Positions 62,347 through 64,000 of a stretch of 64,000 nt of DNA are shown piece by piece (the stretch's first letter is position 1; the number at the start of each line of letters is the position of its first letter). The position numbers and the translations under genes are program-made. This DNA comes from Podarcis bocagei (taxonomy: Eukaryota), in the NCBI GenBank assembly GCA_964188305.1, contig OZ076897.1; one strand, given 5' to 3'. The notes under the pieces were generated by a model that was given only the letters and a program-made list of their open reading frames with translations, had not been told where the DNA came from and did no database searches.

Positions 62347-64000
62347 AAGTGAACAAGGGTATATATTATTTTATAGGATATACTGTAAAGGGTGACTTCA
62401 CATCTTCTTTCAAGTACTGAAATTCGAGCGATATGGATACTGTATGCACAGCAACAAGACTTTCAGACAAGATAGAAGTGATGTCCGCTCTGGAAATATT
62501 TATTTTTAGTGGAATGTTTTTCATTTTTTAAAATAGGAAAATTAAAAATTCTTTTTAGTTATCAGTACATGCATTGCATGTCAGATCATCTTTAATTATG
62601 AAGTATTGGTTGCATTGTTTATAACTTTCTAGTATGTAGTAGTTTTTATAATTTATTGCAGTACATGTCACATTTTCAGGCAATTACTGTTTGGGTGTTT
62701 GCAAAATGTTATAAATGTCAGTCTCCCTAGGAAAAAAAATCCCAATGTGCCCTCTCATAAATGACTTTATTTTCAGCCCATTCTCACTTCATGTTACTGT
62801 TTTATGGGGATCTAAATGGATATCTGTGAGAATGATTTATTAGTCCTAAATTAATATAACACTAAACACAGTGTTGTTGCCTTTCCCTTGTTCCTGTAAG
62901 TCATGGACACCACAGTACCTCTTCATACTACATATTTTGTATACAGATTCCTTTGCCTCCATTGAAATTAATGAGGCATTGAAATTGTACAGGGCCTGTG
63001 GATTTGAATACACATGTAGGCTTCCTGATTTAAAATGTAAGCTTAACAGACTTTGATTAGCCAGTGAATTTGTTTCCTTTTCCTGCATGTGCATAATATT
63101 AATTGATCTCTGAAAATACATTCAGAGTGGTGAGAGCAGGGGATCCCAATGCAAACATTTTGCTGATCCAGGAGAGGGTTTGCACAGGAATCTTGCTTTT
63201 AAACAAAGGGCTTTCAAACAGCCGCACAAAGACCCAGAGCAGGTGGAGGGAGTGTGCCTCACAGAGGATGGGAGACAGAGCAGAAGGCTAGCAATCATGG
63301 AGCCAATGCTGACTTAATCAATAGAACTCAGTATCTAAATGCTATTACTTGGAAGGCTTGGATCCAGAGATTTCTTGTGTGAGTGGGAAAAAAACACTCC
63401 CACTTGTGAAAGGCAACCCTGCTGAATTTCTTCCATTTCCTCATCCAGCTGCTGCCCCCATACCCCATTTTGCATTCTAGAGGGTCCTACTGGCCCTTAG
63501 GAGATGCTTTGGGGAACCACAGGGCCTACAGCAGGGGGAAGGAGCCAGGAGAGCCCTGTTGCATGAACAGAGTTCTGCTTGAGCGTTTCAAGATCCACAC
63601 AATGTTTGGAACTACAGCTTGTTTATAAGATATTAGGCCATGCATAGAAGTAAGTTGCATTGACGTCAGTGGTGCTTCATTTTTAAGGCAGTGAATCTGG
63701 GTCCAAAGCTGTGCATGCAGAGCTTCTGCAATGGATAAGGCCTTCTCTTATGTGGAGGATGTGCATATGAAATTATATCCTATATCAAGGAAATATATCC
63801 TGTGTATGCTGGATCTTCATGGTACCTATCTGAAAATCCCACACATATGAAGAAGGCCCCTAAACTGGAGCCACTGTGTTTAGCATCAAGGTGTGAGGAT
63901 TGCGTAATACATTAATCTCTATGCATTTGAAGGAATGGAGCAACTTTTATGTGAAGTTAAAATTAAAAGGCAAATTAAACATGGAAGGTCTTCAATTTTA
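62347..64000 (+). other. SLC4A7: SLC4A7 3' UTR (probably continues beyond the window)
   Basis: AT-rich sequence after the stop codon; no clear AATAAA seen before the window end. Confidence 0.6.

Noticed and set aside
63179-63186. TTTGCACA miR-19 8mer in the 3' UTR
   Set aside because: Single short match in repeat-like sequence; conservation cannot be assessed.

Overview
This is vertebrate genomic DNA; the repeat families suggest a squamate, probably a lacertid lizard (inference). Almost the whole window is one + strand gene, SLC4A7 (NBCn1, electroneutral Na+/HCO3- cotransporter). It runs from a CpG-island promoter and MEAD-type first exon (ATG 1528) to a stop at 62346 with a C-terminal PDZ ligand ETSL. 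I read 26 coding exons directly, with consistent phases, including optional cassettes I, II (calcineurin-docking-type PKVVIH), III and IV. One required exon (start of the TM domain, length 3n+1, about 175 nt) is not visible and most likely lies in the N gap at 43596-43839; with it the full-length product is about 1267 aa. The introns hold CR1, L2 and L1-like LINE relics, hAT and Tc1/mariner MITEs, a SINE and microsatellites. Highlights: (1) a TSD-flanked palindromic Penelope-like insertion with two intact minimal hammerhead ribozyme motifs, one per strand (24458-24684); (2) a candidate unannotated in-frame 39-nt exon in intron 1 (3955-3993); (3) three GC splice donors; (4) two further fold-back hairpins. 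All other ORFs in the supplied track are intronic, repeat-derived or spurious.
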